A stretch of DNA of 24,823 bases from Patescibacteria group bacterium (GTDB lineage Bacteria; Patescibacteriota; WWE3; UBA101185; UBA10185). The stretch lies in assembly GCA_018818485.1 (NCBI GenBank), contig JAHIRX010000045.1, positions 1 through 24,823 of the forward strand, given 5' to 3'. How positions within the stretch are numbered: position 1 is the stretch's first letter; every line of letters begins with the position of its first letter. Of the stretch, positions 16,378-24,228 are shown piece after piece. The notes below the pieces were generated by a model. It made no database searches. It was not told the origin of the DNA and saw nothing but the letters and a program-made list of their open reading frames with translations. The position numbers were made by a program, and so were the translations under genes.

Positions 16378-16384
16378 ATAAAAA

Positions 16385-17014
16385 ATGAGCCCCGTAACTC
16401 TTTATAAAAAACAAAAACAAATTTTAGACTTTCTCTCTCAGTATATTCAATCAAATAGCTACTCGCCTACTTTACAAGAAATAGCTGATGCAATGGGACT
16501 TTCTTCACTAGCTACAGTTCATGAACATCTCCAAGCACTAGAGAGAAAAAACGTTATTAAACGATATGATGGTGCGGTCCGAGGCATTGAAATAGTAGAT
16601 AACAATGTTAATTCTAATTTAAGTGCTATTGAACTTCCTTTAGTTGGGTATATTGTTGCAGGTGAGCCTATCCACGCTTTTGAAGAAGAAATTACTACTG
16701 TTATGGTATCTCCAGATATGGTTTCTAAATCAAAAAGATGTTTTGTTCTTCAAGTAAAGGGAGACTCCATGATTAACGAGCATATTGAAGATGGCGATTA
16801 TGTGGTACTAAAACAGCAAGAAACAGCAAATGACGGGGACAAGGTAGTAGCTTTAATTGATAATGAGTTTGCTACTCTTAAGATTTTCTACAAAGAAAAA
16901 GGTGGAAAGATAAGACTTCAACCTGCAAACGATAAAATGGACCCAATTATTGTAGATTCAAAACAACTAACTATTCAAGGTGTAGTTACAGGCATTATCC
17001 GAAGATACGCTTAA
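16385..17014 (+). CDS. lexA: SOS transcriptional repressor LexA
   Basis: N-terminal winged HTH (SPTLQEIADAMGLSSLATVHEHLQAL), Ala-Gly cleavage site (LPLVGYIVAGEP), catalytic Ser (VKGDSM) and catalytic Lys (ATLKIF). Confidence 0.97.
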   Translation: MSPVTLYKKQKQILDFLSQYIQSNSYSPTLQEIADAMGLSSLATVHEHLQALERKNVIKRYDGAVRGIEIVDNNVNSNLSAIELPLVGYIVAGEPIHAFEEEITTVMVSPDMVSKSKRCFVLQVKGDSMINEHIEDGDYVVLKQQETANDGDKVVALIDNEFATLKIFYKEKGGKIRLQPANDKMDPIIVDSKQLTIQGVVTGIIRRYA

Positions 17015-17050
17015 CATACAAAAAATCTTCCTGTAGACTTAGACTTGTCT

Positions 17051-18358
17051 ATGGGAAACCTGATTCTACCGATAATTGAATACCTTGAAAAGCTCTCACT
17101 ACAAGTTCCACTTGAGGTATTTACCGTTGTTGGTACATTTTTAGAAGAGGTAATTGCACCCATTCCGTCCCCTTTTGTATTAACAACTGCAGGTAGTATT
17201 ACTGCAGCTCAAAATAACCCTCTATCATATATTTTCTATATCGCTTTACTTGGTGCTATAAGTAAAACCCTAGGTGGTTGGCTCCTTTATACCGTTTCGG
17301 ACAAGGCAGAAGATTTCTTGTTTTCAAAATTTGGTAAATTCATCGGAGTAACTCAAGGAGAGATAGAAAAGATTGGTAAATACCTAAACGGTGGTTGGAG
17401 AGATAAGGTTGTTTTGTTTGTTCTAAGAGCTCTCCCTGTTGCACCAAGTTCTCCTATCTCAATAACATGTGGTCTTATAAAACTAAACATTAAAACATTC
17501 TTAGTAACTACATTTTTAGGAACCATCATTCGTAACCTTTGTTACCTTTATCTTGGATACACAGGTCTTTCAGCTTCTAAGTCTGTGGTCTCAGGTCTAG
17601 AAACAGGAGAAAGCATTGGTCAGATTGTTGTAATGGTAGGTATTACTGTTCTACTTGCATGGGGATTTACAAAACGCAAGAAAATGTTTGGGGGAGAGGA
17701 AAACACTAAAATAACCGAAGCTAAAGATCTTTTAAAATACAAAAAGGTGGATCCTCTTCCCAAAGAAGAGTCAGAAGAGTTTTCAACTCTATATATCTTT
17801 AGACACGGAGAAACTGAAGATAACGCTCAATTCATTTTTAGTGGTTGGAGAGAGGCAAAACTTACTGAGAACGGTAAAAAACAGGCACTTGTACTTGCGG
17901 GTAAACTTAAAGATAAAAAGATTGATATGTTAATTTCTTCCCCCCAGATAAGAGCGATCGACACTTTAAAAATTGCACTATCAAAAAATAGAGAGGCAAT
18001 AAATCTAGAGGTTAAGATGGACGAAAGAATAAAAGAAAGATCCTATGGGGACTACACAGGAAAAAGTAAATTAGATATCCAACTAGAGGATCCGGAAAAA
18101 CTTAAAAAGATAAGAAGAAGTTGGGATTTTATACCTCCAAATGGTGAAAGTATTGAGATGGTTTACAAAAGAGTTGCTGAATTTTGTGATGAACTAATTC
18201 CTCAAATCAAAGGAAAGAACATCAATGTTGCTATTTCCTGTCATGGAAACTCCATTAGATGTTTTAGAAAATATTTTGAAGGATTAAGTAATGAGCAAAC
18301 TGCAAAAGTTGAAACTCCTCTAGGACAAGATTATGCTGCCTACACTATTAAGGATTAG
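17051..18358 (+). CDS. Fusion of a DedA/VTT membrane domain and a 2,3-BPG-dependent phosphoglycerate mutase (histidine phosphatase) domain
   Basis: N-terminal half: FLEEVIAPIPSPFVLTTAG, LFVLRALP and FLVTTFLG (DedA pattern). C-terminal half: FRHGET, FSGW, ERSYGDYTG, IRRSWDFIPPNGES and CHGNSIR (dPGM pattern). ATG 17051 preferred over TTG 17045. Confidence 0.85.
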   Translation: MGNLILPIIEYLEKLSLQVPLEVFTVVGTFLEEVIAPIPSPFVLTTAGSITAAQNNPLSYIFYIALLGAISKTLGGWLLYTVSDKAEDFLFSKFGKFIGVTQGEIEKIGKYLNGGWRDKVVLFVLRALPVAPSSPISITCGLIKLNIKTFLVTTFLGTIIRNLCYLYLGYTGLSASKSVVSGLETGESIGQIVVMVGITVLLAWGFTKRKKMFGGEENTKITEAKDLLKYKKVDPLPKEESEEFSTLYIFRHGETEDNAQFIFSGWREAKLTENGKKQALVLAGKLKDKKIDMLISSPQIRAIDTLKIALSKNREAINLEVKMDERIKERSYGDYTGKSKLDIQLEDPEKLKKIRRSWDFIPPNGESIEMVYKRVAEFCDELIPQIKGKNINVAISCHGNSIRCFRKYFEGLSNEQTAKVETPLGQDYAAYTIKD

Positions 18359-19575
18359 TGGTCCTGGAATACTTCTAAGATTCTATTGTATTTTGCCACT
18401 CTTTCGCCTCTTACAGGTGCTCCAGACTTTATGAAGTCTGCACTAACTGCTAAGGCTAGATCTGAAATGAAAGAATCTACGTTATCACCACTCCTGTGAG
18501 AAACAATAACATTCATTTTTGCTTTTCTTGCGAGTTTAACGAACTCAAAGGTTTCGGTTAAAGTGCCTACCTGGTTTGGTTTTACTATCACAGCATTAGC
18601 AAGCTTTTTCTTTATAGCTTCTGCCAAAAGAGCTGGATTTGTAACTACTAAATCATCTGCAACAACCATTAACCTATCTGAGTAGCTTTTATAAAAATCT
18701 GACCATCCTTTATGATCTTTTTCATAAAATGGATCTTCCATATATATCAACTCATATTTTGTAAGCATTCTATTGTAGTATTCCATTAATTCTTCTGTAG
18801 TAAGCTCAATATTTTCTTCGTTTATATCGTATTTTCCATCCTTATAAAAAGATCCAGCAGCTATATCCATTCCTAAAAACACATCATTTCCCACGTCATA
18901 CTGAACATTTGCTGCTTTTTTAATAAAATCTAATGCTACATCACAACAAAGACCTTGAGGTTCAAAACCTCCTTCATCTCCAACTGCTGTTTCAAAGTCT
19001 TCATCCACTAATAGTTCCTCTAAATTATGATAAATATTTACTCCCATTTCTAAAGCCCTATCAAAAGGAGTATTTAGTGCAGGAATAACCATGAACTCTT
19101 GAAATGAAAGTTTATTTTGGGCATGTTTTCCACCATTTAAAACATTAAATATTGGAGTTGGGTATGTGATATCACCATTCTTTTCTTTCCCTGAGTAAAG
19201 CTCTGAAAGATACTCATAAAGCTCTATTTCCTCGGAATCCGCAGCAGCTTTTGCTACTGCCAGAGAAACTGAAAGAATGCTATTTCCACCAAGTCTAGAC
19301 TTATTTGGAGTTCCGTCCATTTCAACCAATATTTTATCTATTTCTTTTTGATCGAAAGGATCTTTACCCACTAACACATCTGAAATGGTGTTATTAACAA
19401 TATCAATAGCCTTGTCTACTTCTACATCAACAGCTTCATTTTCACCTTCAGAGGCGCCATTAGGAACCGGTTGAATACCTACAGAGTCATCATCTAATAC
19501 TACTTTTGTTTCAATAGTCCATTGTCCCCGAGAGTTTAAGATCTTTCTTGCTGAAATAGTTTCAATCTTTGCCAC
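18355..19575 (-). CDS. eno: Enolase
   Basis: Motifs NGGKHA, FQEFM, GDEGGF, MDIA, EDP, ADDL, VKPNQ, SHRSG, IKSG and ERVAKYN, with catalytic residues present. GTG start with SD-like AAGGGGTGAT overlapping the ppsA stop. Confidence 0.96.
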   Translation of the reverse strand: MAKIETISARKILNSRGQWTIETKVVLDDDSVGIQPVPNGASEGENEAVDVEVDKAIDIVNNTISDVLVGKDPFDQKEIDKILVEMDGTPNKSRLGGNSILSVSLAVAKAAADSEEIELYEYLSELYSGKEKNGDITYPTPIFNVLNGGKHAQNKLSFQEFMVIPALNTPFDRALEMGVNIYHNLEELLVDEDFETAVGDEGGFEPQGLCCDVALDFIKKAANVQYDVGNDVFLGMDIAAGSFYKDGKYDINEENIELTTEELMEYYNRMLTKYELIYMEDPFYEKDHKGWSDFYKSYSDRLMVVADDLVVTNPALLAEAIKKKLANAVIVKPNQVGTLTETFEFVKLARKAKMNVIVSHRSGDNVDSFISDLALAVSADFIKSGAPVRGERVAKYNRILEVFQDH

Positions 19576-19581
19576 AGCATA

Positions 19582-21861
19582 TCACCCCTTTTTCTTTGCT
19601 TTCCCTCTACCTAGAATTTTCTTCTCTGCTTCATATACAATTTCTCTGGTTTTTTCTATTACATCAGGGCTTACTGAAACTGAAGTTACCCCCCAATCAA
19701 CAAGCATTTCAACAAGTTTAGGATAAACTGATGGGGCCTGGCCACAAATTGAACATCTTATCTTTCTTCTTCTACATGTAGTAGCTATCTTTTCTAAAGA
19801 TTGAAGTACTGCGGGATCCATTTCACTGTATACATGGGCTACTCTTTCATTATCTCTATCAACTCCTAGCGTTAGCATTGTTAAATCATTTGAGCCGATA
19901 GAAACACCATCGATTCCCTCATCAATAAACTCATCAAGTAAAATAACATTTGAAGGAATCTCAACCATCATCCAAAATTCAAAACTACCACTCCTTCTTA
20001 AACCATTTGCTGACACTATTTTCTTAACTTCTCTTAACTCATCAATTGTTCTAACAAAGGGCATCATCACCCAAAGATTTTTAAATCCCATTTTGTTTCT
20101 TACCTTTTTTATTGCAGCGATTTCCATCTCGAATACGTCATCATCTTTTATATATCTAGAAACGCCTCTAAAACCTATCATTGGGTTTGGTTCTTCCTTC
20201 TCAAACTCAGCACCACCCTTAAGATTTGCGTATTCGTTTGATTTAAAATCATTAAATCTGTAAACAACAGGTCTTGGGTTAAATGCTTCTGCAAACTTTG
20301 CCATTCCTTCTGCAAGCTTATCGATAAACTCCTTCTTTTTTCCATCCTTAATAAACTTTCTAGGGTGAGTCCCAATATTTGCAATAATAAATTCTGCTCT
20401 TAAAAGACCAATTCCATCTACATTTCTTTGAGCCATATCAAATGCAAGTTCTGGTTCTGCAAGATTTAGATATATTTTTGTAGCTGTTTTAATCTTTGAT
20501 GTATCAATCTTTGGTTTTTCACTTTCTTTTATCTCTACAGTAATGTCTTTTTCATAAACCTTACCTCTTTCCCCATCTACAGTGATAACCTCATTATTTG
20601 AAAGGATTTGTGTAGCATTCGTGGTACCTACAACGGCAGGAACACCAAGCTCTCTACTAACAATGGCAGCATGAGAGGTTCTTCCACCAAGATCGGTAAC
20701 AATAGCAGCAGCCCTCTTCATAGCAGGAACATAATCAGGGTTAGTCATCTCTGCAACCAAGATATCCCCTTCCTTTACTTTATTTATTTCACTTGCTTTT
20801 CCAACAATTTGAACTTTTCCAGATGCTACACCTGGAGAAGCTGATAACCCTTCCAAAATAGCTTTTGCCTTACTCTTAGGATCAATCTTGAATTCTTCTT
20901 CTGTTTTAGTAACTAGTGTTGTAACAGGCCTTGTCTGAACAATGTATATTTTTTTATTTTCAATTCCCCATTCAATATCCTGTGGGTGTTTGTAATGGTC
21001 TTCTAGTTTCATCCCAATCTTTGCAAGTTCCACTATCTGTTTGTTGGTAAGTTTTTGTTTCTTTTGATATTTCTTGGAAACTGGTACTTTACCAGCTTTG
21101 GTAAATTGCCAGGTTTGTCTAACAATCTGTCTTGTTGTTATCTTTTTACTCTCTTTATTTACTATGTACTGATCAGGGGTAAGCTCCCCAGAAACAACAG
21201 GCTGACCAAGTCCAAAGGCTGCTTCAACAGATACCTCTCCACGATTATTAGTAACAGGATTTACGGTAAACATAACCCCAGAAAAGTCAGACTGAATCAT
21301 AAGCTGTATAGGAACGGCAATCCCAACTTGTAAATGTGAAAACTTATTTGTAGCTCTATAATAAGTAGCTCTAGCTGTAAAGAGGGATGACCAGCACTTC
21401 TGCACATGTTTTACTACCTCTTTATAACCTTTGACATTAAGATGGGTATCTTGCTGACCTGCAAAGGAAGCTTCAGGAAGATCCTCAGCTGTAGCAGATG
21501 ATCTTACAGCAACGTATTTGTCGTTTTCCCCACTAAGTTTGTGGTAGGCCTCCTTTATCTCTTCTGCCAATTCTTTAGGCATATCAGCAGCTAATATTGC
21601 TGTTCTTATTTTCTTTGCAGCTGATTGGAGTTCCTTTGAATCTTCATAGTCAAGACCTTGAAGCTCAGTAAGTATTTTTTTCTTTAGGGACGTGGATTTA
21701 AGAAAATCATAGTAGGCTTTAGCTGTAACTACAAAACCATCAGGAACGGGAATTTTCGCATTAATCATTTCTCCAAGGTTAGCTCCTTTTCCACCTACCA
21801 AGGGAATATCATATCTTCTAATATCCTTAAATCTAAGAATGTGGGCAGATTTCTTGCTCAT
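19582..21861 (-). CDS. ppsA: Phosphoenolpyruvate synthase (pyruvate, water dikinase)
   Basis: Motifs VGGKGANLGEM, AVRSSATAEDLPEASFAGQQ, phospho-His GGRTSHAAIVSRELG, GLLRAEF, EEPNPMIGFRG, MVEIPSN, SIGSNDL and ICGQAPS. Confidence 0.97.
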   Translation of the reverse strand: MSKKSAHILRFKDIRRYDIPLVGGKGANLGEMINAKIPVPDGFVVTAKAYYDFLKSTSLKKKILTELQGLDYEDSKELQSAAKKIRTAILAADMPKELAEEIKEAYHKLSGENDKYVAVRSSATAEDLPEASFAGQQDTHLNVKGYKEVVKHVQKCWSSLFTARATYYRATNKFSHLQVGIAVPIQLMIQSDFSGVMFTVNPVTNNRGEVSVEAAFGLGQPVVSGELTPDQYIVNKESKKITTRQIVRQTWQFTKAGKVPVSKKYQKKQKLTNKQIVELAKIGMKLEDHYKHPQDIEWGIENKKIYIVQTRPVTTLVTKTEEEFKIDPKSKAKAILEGLSASPGVASGKVQIVGKASEINKVKEGDILVAEMTNPDYVPAMKRAAAIVTDLGGRTSHAAIVSRELGVPAVVGTTNATQILSNNEVITVDGERGKVYEKDITVEIKESEKPKIDTSKIKTATKIYLNLAEPELAFDMAQRNVDGIGLLRAEFIIANIGTHPRKFIKDGKKKEFIDKLAEGMAKFAEAFNPRPVVYRFNDFKSNEYANLKGGAEFEKEEPNPMIGFRGVSRYIKDDDVFEMEIAAIKKVRNKMGFKNLWVMMPFVRTIDELREVKKIVSANGLRRSGSFEFWMMVEIPSNVILLDEFIDEGIDGVSIGSNDLTMLTLGVDRDNERVAHVYSEMDPAVLQSLEKIATTCRRRKIRCSICGQAPSVYPKLVEMLVDWGVTSVSVSPDVIEKTREIVYEAEKKILGRGKAKKKG

Positions 21862-21867
21862 GTTAAA

Positions 21868-21876
21868 ATGGTAACA
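21868..21876 (-). promoter_or_regulatory. Extended -10 promoter of ppsA-eno (candidate leaderless)
   Basis: Minus strand TG-T-TACCAT, 6 nt, ATG at 21861. No SD. Confidence 0.55.
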
Positions 21877-21882
21877 TTTGAG

Positions 21883-22704
21883 CTACTTGAGTGGAAGAGC
21901 GAATATGAACTTCGCACCTTTAGGTTTGTTATCTTCGTACCAAATCTTTCCTCCATGTGCTTCAACTATACCTTTTGTAATAACCAAACCAAGGCCAGTG
22001 CCTTTCTGTGTTACACCCCCCTGATTACCTGCTTGGAAAAACTTATGGAAAAGCTTTGGCTGGTCTTTTTCTGGAACCCCAATTCCAGTATCTTCTACTA
22101 CAACTTCTACTATTCTATCTACATGTCTTGCAATAACTTCTACACTCCCACCTTTTGGTGTGAATTTGATAGCGTTTGATAAAAGGTTGCTCATTACTTG
22201 TTTTACTCTTTCAGGATCAAAGCTAAACTCGGGAATATTTTCACCAGTGGCACAAGATAGAGATACCTCTTTTACCCTAGCTAAAGATTCAAAGTAGGCA
22301 CACTCCTCTTTCAGTAAGCCTCCTAAGCTACCAAACACTTTGCTAATTTGAAACTTTCCACCTTCCATCTTAGAAACATCTAATATATCTCCCACCATTT
22401 TTAGTAAACCTTCTGATGAAGATTTTATTTGTGCCAAAAGATCCCTAACTTGATCGGCATTCATTTCATCAGTACTTTTAAGTAGAAGGTCTGAAGCACC
22501 TTTAACTACAGAAAGAGGGGCCCTAAGCTCATGCACCAGCATCGGTATAACATCATTCTGATTAGCCTGAAACATAATCAAAGCTTCTTCATACTTTTTA
22601 AGTTTTTTAAAATCGGAAGTTTTTCTAAATAAAGTGATAGAGATTACAAGAAGAAGTAGCGACTCAACTATTACTAAAATGTTTAAAATAATCTGGACAT
22701 TCAT
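21883..22704 (-). CDS. Histidine kinase with one TM helix, HisKA and HATPase_c domains and no evident sensor domain
   Basis: H-box LVHELRAPL, N-box SNLLSNAIKF, G1 VEDTGIG, F-box LFHKF and G2 GTGLGL. Confidence 0.93.
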   Translation of the reverse strand: MNVQIILNILVIVESLLLLVISITLFRKTSDFKKLKKYEEALIMFQANQNDVIPMLVHELRAPLSVVKGASDLLLKSTDEMNADQVRDLLAQIKSSSEGLLKMVGDILDVSKMEGGKFQISKVFGSLGGLLKEECAYFESLARVKEVSLSCATGENIPEFSFDPERVKQVMSNLLSNAIKFTPKGGSVEVIARHVDRIVEVVVEDTGIGVPEKDQPKLFHKFFQAGNQGGVTQKGTGLGLVITKGIVEAHGGKIWYEDNKPKGAKFIFALPLK

Positions 22705-22713
22705 ATAAAAGCC

Positions 22714-23115
22714 TTATTGTGTTACTTTTATACCTGCTCCAGAAGCCTCTCCCATTAGGATAGCAATTTTATCGGGCAGCTCTGAGGGCACAATATTATA
22801 CTTCATTAGATAATCATTAGCACCATATTCCATGGCTTTATTGATATTTTCGTCACTTCCAAAGTTAGTGAGCATCACAATCTTAGCATCTTTGGATTCA
22901 GGTCTTTCTCTTAATTCTTTTAAAATATCTAAACCACTGGTGCCTGGAAGTACAATATCAAGTAAAATCAAATCAGGTTTTTCTGAAATAGCTTTCTCTA
23001 CCCCCAAAGCCCCGTCAGATACATGAACTACGTCGTATCCCTTCATTTTTAGAGGAACAGAGAATATATTAAAAAAACCTTCGTCGTCCTCTATGAATAA
23101 AATCTTTTTAGGCAT
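22714..23115 (-). CDS. Stand-alone response-regulator receiver (CheY-like)
   Basis: Motifs ILFIEDD, phospho-Asp LLDIVLP, MLTN and YLMK. No output domain. Confidence 0.92.
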   Translation of the reverse strand: MPKKILFIEDDEGFFNIFSVPLKMKGYDVVHVSDGALGVEKAISEKPDLILLDIVLPGTSGLDILKELRERPESKDAKIVMLTNFGSDENINKAMEYGANDYLMKYNIVPSELPDKIAILMGEASGAGIKVTQ

Positions 23116-23121
23116 GCTTAA

Positions 23122-23127
23122 ATATTA
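23122..23127 (-). promoter_or_regulatory. -10 box TAATAT 6 nt before the receiver ATG (candidate leaderless)
   Basis: Minus strand TAATAT-ttaagc-ATG. No SD. Confidence 0.4.
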
Positions 23128-23160
23128 CACAACTACGATTACTTCTTCAATAAGCACAAG

Positions 23161-23189
23161 TTGACTTAATTTTCCCAAAAAGTTATTCT
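23161..23189 (+). promoter_or_regulatory. Sigma70-type promoter of the LCP gene (candidate leaderless)
   Basis: TTGACT (23161-23166), 17 bp, TATTCT (23184-23189), 7 nt, ATG at 23197. Confidence 0.65.
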
Positions 23190-23196
23190 TCAACAC

Positions 23197-24228
23197 ATGG
23201 TTAAAAAACTAATCGTGATTTTAGTTTTAATAGGAATAATTGGGATTAGTCTTTATATTTATGTTGATTCCCAGAACCTTAGAAATGAGGTTTTTGAAAG
23301 TAACTACAATTTAAAAGTATTAAAAAAGGGTCCTATTGAAGAATTAAAAGAGGAGTCAGTTTTTAATGGTAAAGATAGGCTTAATGTTCTTCTTATTGGT
23401 AGGGATACTAGTGGGGTTAGAAGATCAAACGGACAGGGTGGTTTTAATACTGATGTTATGATTTTAATTTCTGCTGATATTGTATCTAATCGAATTTTAT
23501 TTACCTCCGTTCCTAGAGACTTGTGGATTAATGGCAACAAAATTAACGCCTTAAATATACTTTATGGAGAAGATACACTTGTAGATGCTTTTGAAAAAAT
23601 TACAGGACAGGTAGTTGATGGAGTAGTCTCTATTGATTTTGATGGTTTTATCTGGCTTGTTGATGCTTTTGGTGGAGTTCCTGTTGAAGTTCAGAGAAGT
23701 TTTTCTGACTATACTTTCCCTGTCTTTGATGACTCAGGTATAACAACAATTTCATTTACTGAGGGTATAGAAACAATGGATGGCATGAGGGCACTAACTT
23801 TTGCTAGAAGCAGAAAAGGAACTAATGGCGAGGGAAGTGACTTAATGAGGGCAAAAAGGCAACATTTAATACTTCAGGGAATGGCCAATGCTTTAGAACA
23901 ACCTGAAAGTATATTTTCTTTAGATAATATTCCTGGGTTTTATGATCTACTTACCCAACATATGGAAACTACTCTTACACTTGGGGATACTTATTACCTT
24001 TGGGATTTTTATAAAGACAGAAATATATACTCTGCAGAATCTTTTGTTATAGGAGATGAGTATGTTTATCACCCTGGAATGTATCCAGAAAGCTCATACA
24101 CTGCTTGGGTGTTTGTTCCAAGAGATGGCGATTTTAGTAGACTTCACAGTGATATAGATGCAAAGCTAAATGGAACATTTGTAACTGAAGTAGATCCACC
24201 TGTTGCTGGTATTAAATCAGATCTCTAA
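23197..24228 (+). CDS. LytR-CpsA-Psr (LCP) family glycopolymer transferase
   Basis: N-terminal TM helix and motifs LLIGRD, NTDVMILI, SVPRDLW, KINA, DFDGF...VDAFGGV, ALTFARSR and SDLMRAKRQ. Confidence 0.93.
   Translation: MVKKLIVILVLIGIIGISLYIYVDSQNLRNEVFESNYNLKVLKKGPIEELKEESVFNGKDRLNVLLIGRDTSGVRRSNGQGGFNTDVMILISADIVSNRILFTSVPRDLWINGNKINALNILYGEDTLVDAFEKITGQVVDGVVSIDFDGFIWLVDAFGGVPVEVQRSFSDYTFPVFDDSGITTISFTEGIETMDGMRALTFARSRKGTNGEGSDLMRAKRQHLILQGMANALEQPESIFSLDNIPGFYDLLTQHMETTLTLGDTYYLWDFYKDRNIYSAESFVIGDEYVYHPGMYPESSYTAWVFVPRDGDFSRLHSDIDAKLNGTFVTEVDPPVAGIKSDL

Noticed and set aside
16284-16384. Firmicutes-type (GAAC-N4-GTTC) or E. coli-type (CTGT-N8-ACAG) SOS box
   Set aside because: Searched by eye here and upstream of uvrA and uvrC; not found.
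16284-16454. 57-aa N-terminal extension of uvrB, and the 16229-16420 ORF
   Set aside because: They would run through the lexA promoter and overlap the lexA CDS. UvrB similarity starts at the ATG at 16283.
17034-17045. Tandem TAGACT-TAGACT repeat before the DedA-PGM gene
   Set aside because: Only two 6-mer copies. It is best explained as a -10-like element and is not evidence of a repeat array.
18355-19575. Degenerate enolase (PNGASEG, ADDL and SHRSGD variants; short C-terminus)
   Set aside because: All catalytic and metal-binding residues can still be placed, so it is treated as a divergent but ordinary enolase.
841-23540. Remaining short ORFs in the track nested in or antisense to long genes (e.g. 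2628, 3705, 5618, 7588, 7928, 9932, 11193, 12223, 13845, 14674, 20178, 21841, 22832, 23304)
   Set aside because: They lie within well-supported CDSs, have no initiation signals or family motifs, and show the Ser/Phe/Ile-rich composition typical of shadow frames in AT-rich DNA.
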